64,000 bases of DNA from a virus (IMGVR_UViG_3300011883_000002:1-64000), one strand, 5' to 3'; shown: positions 8,270-16,923, counted from the first letter of the stretch. Made by a program: numbers and translations. The notes: generated by a model from the letters alone, not told the origin.

Positions 8270-8276
8270 TTGTTCG

Positions 8277-8582
8277 CTACTCTCCATTTTCTTTAAATTT
8301 TATGTAATCTAAAATCAGCTCTTTTACTCTTGCTGGAGATAAACCATAAAAAGATATTTTCTTACTCTCGAAGTTGAAACCTCCTTTTGATCTCCGGATC
8401 TCCACCGTTGTTCTATCTCCTTCAACTATTGAGCTGCTTTCCATTACTACAAGCTGCTGTATAATCTCTTTCCCTTCTTCAACGCCAGTTATGCCCGTGA
8501 CATTTAACCGCTCTGCTTTACTTCGTGCCTGGGTAATGTTTATTCTGAAAACATCATCCGGTTCAGGTTCGTATAATTTCAT
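8277..8582 (-). CDS. hypothetical protein
   Basis: Coupled ORF. Confidence 0.7.
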   Translation of the reverse strand: MKLYEPEPDDVFRINITQARSKAERLNVTGITGVEEGKEIIQQLVVMESSSIVEGDRTTVEIRRSKGGFNFESKKISFYGLSPARVKELILDYIKFKENGE

Positions 8583-8860
8583 GATGCTGCTGGGGTTAAA
8601 ATGATCGTCCGAATTGCCTGGTTGTCGGCTAAAGTCTCTGCCAGATCTTTATCTTCTCTAAAGTGTAGATCGTCATACATATCATCCATGAAAACAGATC
8701 TTCCCCTGCCCATAAAGGCACTAAGTGTGTAAAGACCTTCTATTACATCAGTCCCTTTGTAAACTCGCTTAAATGCCTTGCAAATAGCACAGTTTGTAGG
8801 GTCGGTAAAGAATGTGCCTTTAAAGTCCTCCGCTATTAATGTTAGTTCTAACTTTTCCAT
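8579..8860 (-). CDS. hypothetical protein
   Basis: Coupled ORF. Confidence 0.65.
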   Translation of the reverse strand: MEKLELTLIAEDFKGTFFTDPTNCAICKAFKRVYKGTDVIEGLYTLSAFMGRGRSVFMDDMYDDLHFREDKDLAETLADNQAIRTIILTPAAS

Positions 8861-8861
8861 A

Positions 8862-9059
8862 TTACTGTTTGTTTAAATGAATGAGTTTAATATTTTGATT
8901 TGCTATCCCTCGAACGGATATAGACTTAATTCCTGGAAGTGCTACCTGCGCTGTTGTTATCGCGTCTTTAGCTGAAGCCGACAAGACAGGAAATCTGCCG
9001 TACCCCAATAAATTTGGGTTTACTTGTAGTTTGTACAATACCATGTACCAACGTGCCAT
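8862..9059 (-). CDS. hypothetical protein
   Basis: Coupled ORF. Confidence 0.6.
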   Translation of the reverse strand: MARWYMVLYKLQVNPNLLGYGRFPVLSASAKDAITTAQVALPGIKSISVRGIANQNIKLIHLNKQ

Positions 9060-9394
9060 TAAAAAATGTCCTCTAATCGCAAAATTTGTTCTTTACTCGC
9101 GTTCGGGAATATCTTACCTAAAAATAAGTCCCAAACTCTGTTTAGATCGGTTGCCGGTTGTTCTGTGTCGTCTTCCCAATCCATACTAAAACGTCTGTAT
9201 CCTCCCCAATTTGAAAGGCTTTTAAGCCTGTTGTAAGTGTTTTCATTGACCACACAACTAAAGTGCGATGCCTCGCTGTAAACAGCGTATAGGGTTATAA
9301 TTCTCATGATTGAAATAGATTTAGTTTTTACCACCATAAGCCGGTACGCTCTCACGCCCGGCTGGTTGTTATTGTATTTCTTGCAGCAATTCAA
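9059..9394 (-). CDS. hypothetical protein (start uncertain)
   Basis: ORF fills gap; TTG start uncertain. Confidence 0.5.
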   Translation of the reverse strand: MNCCKKYNNNQPGVRAYRLMVVKTKSISIMRIITLYAVYSEASHFSCVVNENTYNRLKSLSNWGGYRRFSMDWEDDTEQPATDLNRVWDLFLGKIFPNASKEQILRLEDIF

Positions 9395-9794
9395 TTTGCT
9401 CGTCTGTAAATAGCTTCTGTATGTTCTCCCACTCTTTATAGACCGCTAAATAAGTCTTGTAAGCGACTTTGTTTCTCCTGCCATAATCATTGTACTGTTC
9501 ATAGCCAAAAGTGTCGCAGAAGTCCTCAAAATTCTCTATACCTTCCTCTTGCTTATGCAAGCATGCAAGAACTTCGTATTCAGTCGGCACCTCTCCGGCA
9601 TTGGTTCCCGCAACAGACTGCCCGAAATCAAAAGAGAAGGAATGCAACTTGTTTTTAATCCTTACCCTGTAAATATCCCGGTTCACACCATCTTTAAAAT
9701 GATCTCCGTTTGTTTTGAATTTGATTGTAACACTTGTAGATGTGGCGTTAAGAAAGTTTAACGCTTGTTGTTGGTATTCGCTTACTGCTTCCAT
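9369..9794 (-). CDS. conserved hypothetical early phage protein
   Basis: PTEYEVLACL...FEDFCDTFGY...KEWENIQKLF pattern. Confidence 0.75.
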   Translation of the reverse strand: MEAVSEYQQQALNFLNATSTSVTIKFKTNGDHFKDGVNRDIYRVRIKNKLHSFSFDFGQSVAGTNAGEVPTEYEVLACLHKQEEGIENFEDFCDTFGYEQYNDYGRRNKVAYKTYLAVYKEWENIQKLFTDEQIELLQEIQ

Positions 9795-9812
9795 GATCTT
9801 GAATTTTAAATG

Positions 9813-10112
9813 TTAGTTTTTTGATTTTGATAGATATTTATTATTTAATTCCTCTTTATAAGAGGTGCCGCCTTTTTGATTTAATACACCGTTAAAGTGC
9901 TGGACTTCGTCGCTCCAATAACCATGCTTTTCAGCTAAGAACTCCAAACGATCATAATCGCTAATCAATGAATATGAATCGTACCCTGGCTGGAAAGTGT
10001 AACCCTTTGTTTTCTTGTCAATAGCTATCATATTAGCTATTTGATCATCATCGTTTTGGCCGTTGGCATATCTTCTATTTACAGAAGCAATAGCGTTTTG
10101 TAATTTTATCAT
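9813..10112 (-). CDS. hypothetical protein
   Basis: Start moved to ATG 10112 (MIKLQ) downstream of the 10140-10167 hairpin. Confidence 0.6.
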   Translation of the reverse strand: MIKLQNAIASVNRRYANGQNDDDQIANMIAIDKKTKGYTFQPGYDSYSLISDYDRLEFLAEKHGYWSDEVQHFNGVLNQKGGTSYKEELNNKYLSKSKN

Positions 10113-10172
10113 AGCTGTAATGTCTTTTACCACCAAATGCGCGACCCGTTGAAGGTATCGCGCTGTTCGGTG

Positions 10173-10550
10173 TTATTCTTCGTTTTCCTCTTCTTCCTCT
10201 TCGGTAAAGTCAAGCATTGAAAATTCCCTTTGATTGTCAATGGCATACTCTGCAATAACTTCTACGGTATCAACTAAATCATCAGTCCCTATGCTGGCAA
10301 AGCTGTCTAAATTGCCGTAACCGTTATATTTAACATAAGGGTCGTTATAGTTATACTCCCCGTAATGACAGGCTCTAACGGCTTCGGTTGGATTCCCTTC
10401 AAAATAGGTATTAAAGAAATCATCGTCATTTTCGTAAATCACGTCATCACTAAAACCTGCTGCCCTGCAATAGTCATTGTTTAGCTCAACAAGTTCACGA
10501 CCGGACATATTTTCTATTTGTTCTGTTACTGATTCTAATAAAGTTTTCAT
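10173..10550 (-). CDS. highly acidic early protein (NGYGNL motif), candidate DNA mimic
   Basis: D/E-rich throughout, ends EEEEEENEE. Confidence 0.7.
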   Translation of the reverse strand: MKTLLESVTEQIENMSGRELVELNNDYCRAAGFSDDVIYENDDDFFNTYFEGNPTEAVRACHYGEYNYNDPYVKYNGYGNLDSFASIGTDDLVDTVEVIAEYAIDNQREFSMLDFTEEEEEENEE

Positions 10551-10583
10551 GGTTGGTAATTTTAATCTCTTGAATTGATTTGG

Positions 10584-10736
10584 TTAGTTATTTGTTACTG
10601 GTATTACTTCACTAAGAAGGTCGATAATTTCGCAATACTCTTGTTCCTGCGATTCTGTTAAGCCTTCTTCGTTTTTAATTTTGTACAACTCTGTTAGTCT
10701 TACTAACTCTTGTTGATAGGTCATTATATGGCTCAT
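10584..10736 (-). CDS. 50-aa helical microprotein, paralog A
   Basis: Hand translation MSHIMTYQQELVRLTELYKIKNEEGLTESQEQEYCEIIDLLSEVIPVTNN; 24/50 identical to 11868-12023. Confidence 0.8.
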   Translation of the reverse strand: MSHIMTYQQELVRLTELYKIKNEEGLTESQEQEYCEIIDLLSEVIPVTNN

Positions 10737-10743
10737 GATTGAG

Positions 10744-10971
10744 TTATTTAGATAGTCCGGTTAATAAATTGAAATATTGCATCTTCTCACTTTCAGTTGC
10801 TCCGCCCCAACTGAATAGAAGCGATTTAACGAACTGTATGCGGTTTGCCTTTGGTAAGGCTAAGAACATTTCTTTCGAGCCTGTACGGTCTCCATTGAGG
10901 CCCTTACTGCGCATAACTTCATAATACTGCATATCAGAATTAAACCCGTGTTGCTTTAATAACTTTTTCAT
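10744..10971 (-). CDS. hypothetical early protein
   Basis: ORF with A-rich start context. Confidence 0.65.
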   Translation of the reverse strand: MKKLLKQHGFNSDMQYYEVMRSKGLNGDRTGSKEMFLALPKANRIQFVKSLLFSWGGATESEKMQYFNLLTGLSK

Positions 10972-10990
10972 AACTATTTGATTAGATTTT

Positions 10991-11188
10991 TTAATTATAA
11001 ATTTCTACTGGGAGATTGCCCAAAATGTAGGTTTGAAAATGCCAGTCGAATATGCCAAAGAAGTTTTTAACATATTTAATTTCTCCCTTAAAATACAGTG
11101 TTACTGTATCCAACTGAGCGTCTGCGCTGTTTAAATAGCTAAATGCTTCTGCTTTGCTATTAAATAAACTTTCTTGTGTGTGCCACAT
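10991..11188 (-). CDS. hypothetical early protein
   Basis: Follows repeated hairpin element. Confidence 0.6.
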   Translation of the reverse strand: MWHTQESLFNSKAEAFSYLNSADAQLDTVTLYFKGEIKYVKNFFGIFDWHFQTYILGNLPVEIYN

Positions 11189-11204
11189 AATTTTTAATGG
11201 TTAG

Positions 11205-11253
11205 TTACCTGGAAAACCCGAAGCCTATAAAAAGCGTTCGGGTGTTTGGTTAA
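11205..11253 (-). repeat. intergenic hairpin element, copy 1
   Basis: Plus strand TTACCTGGAAAA-CCCGAA...TTCGGG-TGTTTGGTTAA. Confidence 0.75.
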
Positions 11254-11267
11254 TCTCTGTAGAACCG

Positions 11268-11549
11268 CTAATTGAAATATGTTACAAATGGTTGGCTGTT
11301 ATCTGAAAATATACTATCAGGGTTATTTAGCCAACAAACTTGTTTTTCGTTTATCTTGACTTCAAATACATCTTTTAATATTTGGTATGCTTTAAAGTTT
11401 AGATACATGTTAATGCTTTTTTCACCTTCTGCAATGTCTTTTACTATTGCATACTCTGTGTGAGTTTTTCTGTTTGGCAGACTGCCTTTTGATATTTCTA
11501 TATGATAGCCATTAGAAACAAGGTCGGTGTATACTTTAGGTATCTCCAT
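11268..11549 (-). CDS. hypothetical early protein
   Basis: ORF in operon. Confidence 0.65.
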   Translation of the reverse strand: MEIPKVYTDLVSNGYHIEISKGSLPNRKTHTEYAIVKDIAEGEKSINMYLNFKAYQILKDVFEVKINEKQVCWLNNPDSIFSDNSQPFVTYFN

Positions 11550-11550
11550 T

Positions 11551-11811
11551 TTATTGAGCTTTTAAATAAGTTTTAACCTCTTTTCCCTCTTTATTGGTAC
11601 GGATGTAATACAGACCACCTCTTGCACCCTTATACAAGTCAAACACCTGGCCTTTCGAGTTGGTAAACGTTTGACCGATTTTAACGGCTTTAGAGACACT
11701 ATCTTTTTTAACCTGTACATAGTTACCGGATGCGTCCTTAACTACTGTCTGTGCCTGCGCTGTAAAGCCTAAGCCTAAGCAAAATGCGAATGATAATAAT
11801 AGCTTTTTCAT
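11551..11811 (-). CDS. small secreted/periplasmic protein with signal peptide
   Basis: MKKLLLSFAFCLGLGFTAQA-Q Sec signal; basic beta-rich mature part; start ATG 11811. Confidence 0.75.
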   Translation of the reverse strand: MKKLLLSFAFCLGLGFTAQAQTVVKDASGNYVQVKKDSVSKAVKIGQTFTNSKGQVFDLYKGARGGLYYIRTNKEGKEVKTYLKAQ

Positions 11812-11824
11812 GATGATATGGTTT

Positions 11825-11871
11825 TTACCTGGAAAAGCCTGCACCGATTAGATGCAAGCTGATTTGATTAA
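11825..11871 (-). repeat. intergenic hairpin element, copy 2
   Basis: Plus strand TTACCTGGAAAA-GCCTGCA...TGCAAGC-TGATTTGATTAA. Confidence 0.75.
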
Positions 11872-12023
11872 GTATTGTTTACTACTGGTAGCAGGTGTTC
11901 TAATGCTTCTACTAATTCTGCATACTCGTCAAACTCTCCAACTCCTAAACCTTCTGAGTTGTGTTTAATGTGAAGTTCCGCTAACCTTCTTAACTCCCTT
12001 TGATATGTCATTATATCCCACAT
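11868..12023 (-). CDS. 51-aa helical microprotein, paralog B
   Basis: Hand translation MWDIMTYQRELRRLAELHIKHNSEGLGVGEFDEYAELVEALEHLLPVVNNT. Confidence 0.8.
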   Translation of the reverse strand: MWDIMTYQRELRRLAELHIKHNSEGLGVGEFDEYAELVEALEHLLPVVNNT

Positions 12024-12027
12024 GGTT

Positions 12028-12309
12028 TTAAATATTATAGTTTTCAATGAAATTAATTATCTCTCTTAGGTCGGAGCTTTCAAGGCTGTCTACCTCGTCC
12101 ATAAATTCTTCTTCGTCTTGTTGATCTATTTTGACCGTAAACGTGTTGTAGTCCTCCATATCAGGAACAAATACAGTAATGATGCTTTTACTTGTAGTGA
12201 CCTCTAAACGGTCTGTCTCGTCATTGCATTGGGTTTCAACGCTGAAGTTTAAACCTGTGCCCTTATTGATAAGGGTAAGGAATGCGGTAGTTAAAATCTC
12301 GTTCTTCAT
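12028..12309 (-). CDS. acidic hypothetical protein
   Basis: Start moved to ATG 12309 (MKNEIL). Confidence 0.65.
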   Translation of the reverse strand: MKNEILTTAFLTLINKGTGLNFSVETQCNDETDRLEVTTSKSIITVFVPDMEDYNTFTVKIDQQDEEEFMDEVDSLESSDLREIINFIENYNI

Positions 12310-12313
12310 AACA

Positions 12314-12529
12314 TTATAGGGTAAATTCAGGGTTAACAGGTATTTGTAAAAAATTGTAAGCGGTACTAACGTCCTCATACCATAAGCCATCTGAATAGAT
12401 ATAGAAAGTATCATCTTCAGCATAATGAAAATGGTATAAAGTATTGTGGCTTGCGTGGAAACTTTCTTGCTCGTTTGGACGAAGCATAGCGACCGTTTCA
12501 GAAAATAAGTTTGTAGGTAATGTATCCAT
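12314..12529 (-). CDS. hypothetical protein
   Basis: ORF with A-rich start context. Confidence 0.65.
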   Translation of the reverse strand: MDTLPTNLFSETVAMLRPNEQESFHASHNTLYHFHYAEDDTFYIYSDGLWYEDVSTAYNFLQIPVNPEFTL

Positions 12530-12548
12530 GATTTTAATAGTTTAAATG

Positions 12549-12725
12549 TTAATCCTCTTTACTTACTTTCAAATCCGTTGCACCTGCCAACCCAAAAAAG
12601 AACGAGATAAAAGATGCGAAGACAAAGCACCCAGCGGTAACTTTAAACCCACCCATTAAATAAACTACTCCGAATGCTACTGTAAATAATACACAGATCA
12701 TTAATAAAAATCCTTTGATTGACAT
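12549..12725 (-). CDS. 58-aa two-TM membrane protein, first gene of the leftward operon
   Basis: Hand translation MSIKGFLLMICVLFTVAFGVVYLMGGFKVTAGCFVFASFISFFFGLAGATDLKVSKED. Confidence 0.7.
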   Translation of the reverse strand: MSIKGFLLMICVLFTVAFGVVYLMGGFKVTAGCFVFASFISFFFGLAGATDLKVSKED

Positions 12726-12999
12726 AACTGTAAGTTTTAAATTGTGTAATGCTCAACGTTTACCAGGGCTTGCAACCTGAACACTCAACGTGCTGCCGTT
12801 TTATTACAGAGTTCTATTTATGCAGTAGGTGCGAACTCTATCCCTATTTGGGACTAAATAACCTGGTTGAACTAATACCCCTAAACCCTCGGGAATGACC
12901 TGTTTAACTCTCGCCTATGAGCTGTATTCTATTCTATGTAATTGGCCTCTTGAAAGACCGGCAAACATCTTTGATTTGGTGTCTCTCCGTTTGCATATT

Positions 13000-13030
13000 C
13001 AAATGTACAACAAATAAACATACCTGCAAA
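13000..13030 (-). promoter_or_regulatory. Bacteroidota sigma-A consensus promoter for the leftward early operon
   Basis: Minus strand TTTG-N19-TACATTTG, a full -33/-7 match. Confidence 0.85.
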
Positions 13031-13780
13031 TAAAATCAAACAAATAATGTACGAAATATACATTTACCGTATTAAACACACTAAAACACCGATTCTATCA
13101 GTACTTAGTACATACTAACAGTACTTAACACACCCTTTTTTTAAGCGTGCACAAACCCTCCTTACCTCCACAGACCACCATCAGCGCGTCTTAATCTCCG
13201 AACCCTTCCTAATCAACAACCACACACACCACAACCAACGATTTAAGTAATTACCCCTTTTTTAAGCCCTCCAAGCCACTCAATACATTTTGACCCATTT
13301 CCACCTCTAACACACACAAAACCCCAACACAAGCCATATAAGAAGCTTTACCCAAAACAGAGACAAAAGGGAATTGGGATTGTCCCCTATCCATCCCTCT
13401 CACAGTCTGCGTGTGCGCTGGAATAGGTTTGAGGTGGGTTTGGGTAGGTTTGATACTGATACCCTGGATAAAGGTTTTATTATGGAGTTTGCCGGGAATG
13501 GGTTGGGAAGGTGTGTTAAGCTCCAGTTCGGGAAGGTGGATAGACAAGGCTGTTACATGATGCAGGTTGAACGATCTATTCAATGCCATACTATAAGACT
13601 ATTCAATCATTAGGCGCGAGCACGCGAGAGGATTTCCCTGTCCATGTCAACCAGGTGTCTGTTCAACATGAGGTCAATGCAATACGCTACGATCATAGCT
13701 AAGATCAAATACAGTTTCGCGTATCGCTGCGGAATGATCACGGTGCAAATGTGTGCGCGGAATAGTTTGGCTTTAAACAT

Positions 13781-13900
13781 GGGTAGGGGTTGAGGGGTGG
13801 GGGTGGTTCCCTTTCCGAACGAGGGGCCGGTTGTAGGGGGGATAGTCCCATATCACAGACCCTCTGAAAAATTTTTTGGGATTTTTTTTGGTGTGGGTAC
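13781..13900 (+). other. G-tract (G4-capable) followed by A/T tracts; candidate packaging or terminus signal
   Basis: GGGTAGGGGTTGAGGGGTGGGGG at 13781-13803, then GAAAATTTTTTGGGATTTTTTTTGG. Confidence 0.4.
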
Positions 13901-14040
13901 GAGAAGAGTATCTATTGATGCTCTGGTTGTATTCGAAAGAGTCTATATAAAAGAACTCTTTATATCAGAAATTGGGAATTAAGTAGAAAAGGGTTAAAAT
14001 GGTTATTGGTTGTGTATTAGAGGCTGATTTTTGGTTTTAA

Positions 14041-14107
14041 TAAATCGACAGTATATTGTTAGTTTTTGAAGATAAAAAATCATTAAATCACAGTATTCTG
14101 TACGAAA
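14041..14107 (+). repeat. two near-palindromic direct repeats upstream of the RepL-like gene
   Basis: TAAATCGACAGTATATTGT (14041-14059) and TAAATCACAGTATTCTGT (14084-14101). Confidence 0.5.
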
Positions 14108-14157
14108 ATAATTAACAATAGAACGTCATAATAACAATTAAATGGTACTTTTATATC

Positions 14158-14604
14158 ATGAAAGAAGGAAGGAAGCCGAAGTACAGCGAGGAGACTCTTG
14201 GGGTTAATCCGCTGATAACGAACCTAGTTGTGCCCGTGAGGTTAATGAGGAAGAAGAACCAGGAAGAGATTGAGTTTGATATGGATAAGAACTGTAAGAT
14301 TTTCATTGAGAGTGCGAACAGGAAGCTCGTGAATGAGTTGAGTAGTCGTTCAAAGGAGATGTTTCTTTGGATTATTTACACTTTAGAGACTGGTAGGGAT
14401 CACTTCTGGCTGAATAGGCAGCGTTACATGAAGGAGATGGGGATTGCATCTCAGACGACTTTTAAGGCTGCTATAGATCCTTTGATTCAAAAGAATTTTA
14501 TTTGTAAGACCACTGTACGTGGCGTGTATTTCATTAACCCGAGTATCTTCTATTCTGGAAGTAGGGTTAATAATTTCCCTGAGAAAGTAAAAAGAGTTTA
14601 TTAA
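14158..14604 (+). CDS. RepL-like winged-helix replication/maintenance protein
   Basis: wHTH core followed by GVYFINPSIFYSGSR signature. Confidence 0.75.
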   Translation: MKEGRKPKYSEETLGVNPLITNLVVPVRLMRKKNQEEIEFDMDKNCKIFIESANRKLVNELSSRSKEMFLWIIYTLETGRDHFWLNRQRYMKEMGIASQTTFKAAIDPLIQKNFICKTTVRGVYFINPSIFYSGSRVNNFPEKVKRVY

Positions 14605-14624
14605 AAAAAGTAAAAACAAGAGGT

Positions 14625-14909
14625 ATGGATTTAATTAAACCGATGACGTTGATGTGTTTCTGCCAAAGTGAGCAGGACCAGCAGCATGAGGAAATGTTGG
14701 AGAGTATGGGTATTCCTCGTACTGAGCCGCTAAAGATGGCTGTTTACCGGATGACTTTTTACAGTGTTGATAACATTGGGGAGTCTGAGTTCAGCGATGG
14801 GAAGAGCTTTTATGGGACTATAAGTTCGGGGGGTGCAGAGTATTGTACGAATGTTCCATTTGAATTATTGGAAGGGGCTGTGGAGGAGCATTTGTATGGG
14901 GAGCGTTAG
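14625..14909 (+). CDS. hypothetical protein
   Basis: ORF in operon. Confidence 0.65.
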   Translation: MDLIKPMTLMCFCQSEQDQQHEEMLESMGIPRTEPLKMAVYRMTFYSVDNIGESEFSDGKSFYGTISSGGAEYCTNVPFELLEGAVEEHLYGER

Positions 14910-14913
14910 TGTT

Positions 14914-15138
14914 ATGCAGCTTGTCAAGGACACGATGCGTTTGTTTCAGAATATTCCTGGGGCTAAGTCGGTTTATTTCGACGTAAAATCAAGCGATTTA
15001 AGCGAGTTTCGGGATCAGTTGGCAGAAGAGTACCATTATCAGATAATGGATGAGGACAGTGCGGTTTCTGTAAGCGAGAGTGCGGAATACTTTGTTGTCA
15101 CGATGTTTGAAGTTTCATTTGTAATGAGGAGGGTTTAA
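14914..15138 (+). CDS. hypothetical protein
   Basis: Start moved to ATG 14914 after the upstream stop. Confidence 0.6.
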   Translation: MQLVKDTMRLFQNIPGAKSVYFDVKSSDLSEFRDQLAEEYHYQIMDEDSAVSVSESAEYFVVTMFEVSFVMRRV

Positions 15139-15140
15139 GA

Positions 15141-15563
15141 ATGGAAGCGAACGAACTGAGGATTGGGAACACAATCACTCACCAGAACAATAACGGCATC
15201 TACCTTGTGACTGTTCTTGAAACCCTTAAAAATGGCGTTAACGTTAAAACCAACCTACAATTAGGTGAATGGTTTTTGAGGTACGAAGAAGTGCAGGGGA
15301 CACCCCTCACCGAAGAATGGTTATTGAAGTTTGGCTTTAAAAGAAACCTGCTAGACTCACACAATCCAGAGGAAGGGTATTATTTTTCATTAAAGATTTC
15401 AGATGACAGGTATTGCGATTTATATTTTATAACAGGTGATAAAAATGGATTTACGGAGGTGTGCCTGTTTCCTTATGAAGAAAGATTTAGGTATCGCTAT
15501 GTACACCAGATTCATAACCTATACTTCGGATTAACCGGTGAGGAATTGGAGGTAACGATATGA
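15141..15563 (+). CDS. conserved Bacteroidota phage protein
   Basis: MEANELRIGN...PLTEEWLLKFGF...YVHQIHNLYFGLTGEEL pattern. Confidence 0.8.
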   Translation: MEANELRIGNTITHQNNNGIYLVTVLETLKNGVNVKTNLQLGEWFLRYEEVQGTPLTEEWLLKFGFKRNLLDSHNPEEGYYFSLKISDDRYCDLYFITGDKNGFTEVCLFPYEERFRYRYVHQIHNLYFGLTGEELEVTI

Positions 15564-15745
15564 TCCGGGGCTTTTGGAATTGGCTATGCGGCAGGTGCTG
15601 GGTGGTCATTGCTCAAAATGGGGCCAAGATAAAGGAGGTTCATGTTTTCTACCGTTATGATCGGGCAAAGGCAGAGCTGCAGCGGATGAAGAGAATGTAT
15701 GATGAGGGGCAGTACTTCTTCTGCAGCAGAAAATTTAAAAATTAA
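15560..15745 (+). CDS. hypothetical protein
   Basis: ATGA-coupled ORF. Confidence 0.55.
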   Translation: MIRGFWNWLCGRCWVVIAQNGAKIKEVHVFYRYDRAKAELQRMKRMYDEGQYFFCSRKFKN

Positions 15746-15757
15746 AAAACAAAAACT

Positions 15758-16282
15758 ATGGAATACACTGAAGAAATGAGTAAAGCAATAAGGCTTGCAG
15801 CCTCAATATCAACATTTGATCAAACTGTAGAAAAGCTATCCGAGGAAATGCTTTCTAAAATGTATATTGATTATGGAGATTTAAATTTACAAGCAGAGGA
15901 ACAATTAAAAGAAGCTTTGATTACGGGCATGAAAGAAGGCTGGAGGATTTGGAATGAACATCAGGCACCGAAGTTTAAATTCCTTATGGAGTTCTACGAC
16001 AAGCATGTTGGCACTCCATGCGAGGAGATCAGGCACAAAGAAGAGGTTGATGATTTGAAAGCTAGGCTGCATAACTGGATATCTGTAGAAGAACTACTAC
16101 CAATTGAAGGTGGTCGTTACTGGTGTTTTTGTGAAGAACAGGGTGATTTGGGTTTATCAGGATTTGAGTGGAACTGTGCGTATAATCCAGACGATAAATC
16201 TTTTTCAGATGCAACTTTACGTCAAAGCGGTTGTGTGATGAGAGTAACCCATTGGACAAATCTTTTAGGTAAACCGCAATGA
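15758..16282 (+). CDS. protein with C-terminal DUF551-like domain
   Basis: NWISVEELLP...RVTHW. Confidence 0.7.
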   Translation: MEYTEEMSKAIRLAASISTFDQTVEKLSEEMLSKMYIDYGDLNLQAEEQLKEALITGMKEGWRIWNEHQAPKFKFLMEFYDKHVGTPCEEIRHKEEVDDLKARLHNWISVEELLPIEGGRYWCFCEEQGDLGLSGFEWNCAYNPDDKSFSDATLRQSGCVMRVTHWTNLLGKPQ

Positions 16283-16737
16283 AAACTAGAAAACTTGGGA
16301 GGGTTGTTCACTCGGAAGGGAAGGTGAGGCTGGTAATGAATGAACCTGGTTGCTTAACTGATTTTATGGAGCAGATGGAAGACAATCAAAGGGTTTGGGT
16401 AACGATTGAGAAATACTATCGGAAGAGATCCACCGAACAAAACTCGGTACTCCACTGGTATCTGCAGGAGATTGCGGACGAGACAGGTCACGATAAGGAT
16501 TGGTTGAAGGAGTTCTTCGCTAAGAAGTACCTTACAGTTGATTTGCGGCACTCTGAAACTGAAGACATCTTATGTGATCCCGAGACAGGAGAAGTGCTTA
16601 CAAGGGTCCGGAGTACTACTGAGTTGAACACCGTAGAGTTTAACGAATACACGGAAAAAATAAGGATGTTCGCTAATGAATTTTTCAATATTCAGCTACC
16701 TTTACCGCAGCAGAATTCTAAACTAAAACTGAAATGA
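16279..16737 (+). CDS. NinB/Orf-like recombination accessory protein
   Basis: RKRSTEQNSVLHWYLQEIADETG...STTELNTVEFNEYTEKI. Confidence 0.75.
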   Translation: MKTRKLGRVVHSEGKVRLVMNEPGCLTDFMEQMEDNQRVWVTIEKYYRKRSTEQNSVLHWYLQEIADETGHDKDWLKEFFAKKYLTVDLRHSETEDILCDPETGEVLTRVRSTTELNTVEFNEYTEKIRMFANEFFNIQLPLPQQNSKLKLK

Positions 16738-16898
16738 CACACGTCTATCCGATCAATGATTTAAAAGAACACACGCTGGAGTCAACGTGTGAATGTGGCC
16801 CTTCGGTGATCAGAGAAGGTGAGGAGTTTATCTGCATCCACAACAGCTATGATGGACGAGAAGGCTTAGAATTAGCAAACGAATTATTAAACAACTAA
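16734..16898 (+). CDS. 54-aa putative metal-binding microprotein
   Basis: Hand translation MTHVYPINDLKEHTLESTCECGPSVIREGEEFICIHNSYDGREGLELANELLNN (H, H, CxC, H ligands); ATGA coupling. Confidence 0.75.
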   Translation: MTHVYPINDLKEHTLESTCECGPSVIREGEEFICIHNSYDGREGLELANELLNN

Positions 16899-16923
16899 TC
16901 ATAAACACTTAAAAACAACAACT

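Noticed and set aside
13080-13780. CRISPR-like or tRNA-like array in the intergenic region
   Set aside because: Repeats are 9 bp or shorter, irregular and lack unique spacers of constant length; no cloverleaf or T-loop/CCA pattern found.
13251-13982. ORFs 13251-13589, 13374-13613 and 13797-13982
   Set aside because: They overlap on opposite strands in low-complexity skewed DNA, have weak starts and no motifs; probably non-coding.
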